This document shows, one piece after another, positions 62,215-64,000 of a DNA stretch of 64,000 nucleotides. The notes beneath the pieces were generated by a model. That model saw nothing but the letters and a program-made list of their open reading frames with translations. It was not told the DNA's origin and ran no database searches. Positions within the stretch are counted from its first letter, which is position 1; each line of letters opens with the position of its first letter. The DNA comes from Janthinobacterium lividum (lineage in GTDB: Bacteria > Pseudomonadota > Alphaproteobacteria > Acetobacterales > Acetobacteraceae), in contig JBPBQO010000146.1 of NCBI GenBank assembly GCA_050954785.1, positions 7,226 through 71,225 on the forward strand. The letters run 5' to 3'. Position numbers and translations under genes: made by a program.

Positions 62215-63357
62215 CTAATTTGCATCAAGGACAAGATCGTCACGGTGGATCATCTCGTCGCGGCCGCGCCAGCCAAGCAGGGCCTCGATCGCATCGGAGC
62301 GATGGCCGATGATTCGAGCGGCATCGGTGCTGCCATAGGCGGTCAGCCCGCGTCCCAGCAGTTGCTGTGTCTCGGACAGCACCAGTACCAGATCCCCACG
62401 CTCGAACACGCCTTCGACCGACCGGACCCCAGCCGGCAACAGCGAACTGCCTCGGGCGAGGGCATGCATGGCACCGGTATCGATCACCAGTCTGCCGGCC
62501 GGTTGGAGGCTTCCTGCAATCCAGCGCTTGCGGGCCGAGCGTCCCTCGGGCAGCGGCAGAAACCAGGTGCAACGCGCACCATCGTACAAAGCCTGCAACG
62601 GATGGCCGATCGCGCCGAGGCCGATCGCCATCGCACATCCGGCCCGCGTTGCGATGCCGGCGGCCAGCAGCTTGGTGCGCATCCCGCCCGATGAGTAGCC
62701 GGGTGGAGGAGCGCCGCCCATCGCCTCGATCTCGGGCGTGAGAACGTGCACCACCGGGATGTGCCGTGCATCCGGTTCGCGCCTTGGGTCAGCCGTATAC
62801 AGGCCGTCTATATCGGACAGCAGCACCAACTGGTCCGCCTGGACCATCTCGGCGACGCGGGCTGCCAGCCGGTCATTGTCGCCGAAGCGGATCTCGGCGG
62901 TGGCGATGGTGTCGTTCTCGTTGATCACCGGTATGCAACCGAGCCCCAACAGGGTCGAAAGCGTGGCCCGCGCGTTCAGGTAGCGACGCCGGTCCTCGGT
63001 ATCGCCGGGGGTCAGCAGAAGCTGTGCCGCGACAAGCCCGTGCGCCGACAGGGCCATGCTCCAGGCGTGGGCCAGACGGATCTGCCCGACCGCCGCGGCC
63101 GCCTGTTTCTCCTCGAGCCGCAGCACCGGACGCACCAGCCCCAGCGTATGTCGGGCCAGTGCGATCGCGCCGGAGGACACCACGATCACCTCGACGCCGC
63201 GGGCCCGCAACGCGGCGATGTCGGCAGCCACCCCATCCAGCCATTCGGCACGTAGGCGGGCAGCTTCGGCATCGACCACCAGGGCGCTGCCGATCTTGAC
63301 GACCAGCCGCCTGGCCTGGCCGACATTCGGCAGGGCCAGTTCGGCCGACCCGCTCAT
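62215..63357 (-). CDS. proB: Glutamate 5-kinase
   Basis: [34 protein letters not shown]-terminal PUA. Confidence 0.96.
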   Translation of the reverse strand: MSGSAELALPNVGQARRLVVKIGSALVVDAEAARLRAEWLDGVAADIAALRARGVEVIVVSSGAIALARHTLGLVRPVLRLEEKQAAAAVGQIRLAHAWSMALSAHGLVAAQLLLTPGDTEDRRRYLNARATLSTLLGLGCIPVINENDTIATAEIRFGDNDRLAARVAEMVQADQLVLLSDIDGLYTADPRREPDARHIPVVHVLTPEIEAMGGAPPPGYSSGGMRTKLLAAGIATRAGCAMAIGLGAIGHPLQALYDGARCTWFLPLPEGRSARKRWIAGSLQPAGRLVIDTGAMHALARGSSLLPAGVRSVEGVFERGDLVLVLSETQQLLGRGLTAYGSTDAARIIGHRSDAIEALLGWRGRDEMIHRDDLVLDAN

Positions 63358-64000
63358 TCGGGTAGCCGGCTTGGTGCTCCATCATCGACGATACGACGTC
63401 GCGGGGCAGGGGCACCGTCCTTGCGGAACTGGGTCACCCGGTCCTGCAACATGCGCAGCGCCTCCGGCACTTTCCCATGCGTGGCCGCGGACAGCATGAG
63501 CACCGGATTGCCGGTCGCCTTTTCCAGCGCGCGGCGGCGGGTGCCGATCTGCTGGGGGGTCATCGCATCGGTCTTGTTGATCGCCACGATCTCCGGCTTG
63601 TCGGCCAGGCCGTTGCCGTAGGCGATCAGCTCCTCGCGGATGGTGCGCCAGGCATCGACCACGTTGCCGGATGCGCCATCGATCAGGTGCAGCAGCACCG
63701 CGCAGCGCTCGACATGGCCGAGGAAGCGGTCACCGAGGCCGGCACCGTCATGCGCACCCTCGATCAGGCCCGGGATGTCGGCGAGCACGAACTCCTCGGA
63801 ATCGGACAGCCGCACGACGCCGAGCTGGGGGTGCAGGGTGGTGAACGGGTAGTCGGCGATCTTCGGCCGTGCCGCGGACGCCACCGACAGGAAGGTGGAC
63901 TTGCCGGCATTGGGCAGGCCGATCAGCCCGGCATCGGCGATCAGCTTCAGCCGCAGCCAGATCCAGCGCTCCTCGCCGGGCCAGCCTTTGTCGGCGCGGC
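63354..64000 (-). CDS. obgE: GTPase ObgE, 5'-truncated by window edge
   Basis: Hand-read [43 protein letters not shown]. Confidence 0.95.
   Translation of the reverse strand, partial: RADKGWPGEERWIWLRLKLIADAGLIGLPNAGKSTFLSVASAARPKIADYPFTTLHPQLGVVRLSDSEEFVLADIPGLIEGAHDGAGLGDRFLGHVERCAVLLHLIDGASGNVVDAWRTIREELIAYGNGLADKPEIVAINKTDAMTPQQIGTRRRALEKATGNPVLMLSAATHGKVPEALRMLQDRVTQFRKDGAPAPRRRIVDDGAPSRLPE

Overview
64 kb of high-GC alphaproteobacterial chromosome, most likely Acetobacteraceae (inferred from gene content: gum/ace-type EPS genes, cyoABCD without cyoE, gapR). From left to right: (1) 3' part of glutathione reductase. (2) An ~11 kb accessory block (1.1-12 kb): DUF1488, an unannotated 45-aa Lys-rich ORF, an orphan tail-less groEL, a Phd/VapC toxin-antitoxin pair, a cobalamin riboswitch with cbtBA, a murA-mlaE-mlaF-mlaD-pqiC operon whose MurA has Asp at the catalytic Cys115 position, and a divergent SulP. 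(3) A ~24 kb xanthan/acetan-like Wzx/Wzy exopolysaccharide locus (12.4-36.8 kb) with GumD/M/H/K homologues, two extra glycosyltransferases, Ugd, Wzc, a short OPX plus beta-barrel, three GH5 glycanases, a degenerate PAP2 and a PhyH-type dioxygenase, split by two long AT-rich divergent promoter regions. (4) copA/csoR, SMR, alkB. (5) Mostly core genes: class II DAHP synthase, NAPRTase-like, gltX, cyoABCD, MATE, cysS, trmJ-like, rpsD, prfC, HAD, mannitol dehydrogenase, NUDIX, zwf, gapR, proB and partial obgE. A multi-hairpin REP/MITE-like repeat occurs twice: a full copy abuts the prfC start and a half copy forms the CbtA C-terminus. No tRNA, rRNA, CRISPR array, integrase or transposase was recognised. 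Best candidates for an undescribed system: the MurA(C115D)-Mla/Pqi operon, and the EPS locus with three GH5s, PAP2 and PhyH. All family calls are by eye from motifs; no searches were run.
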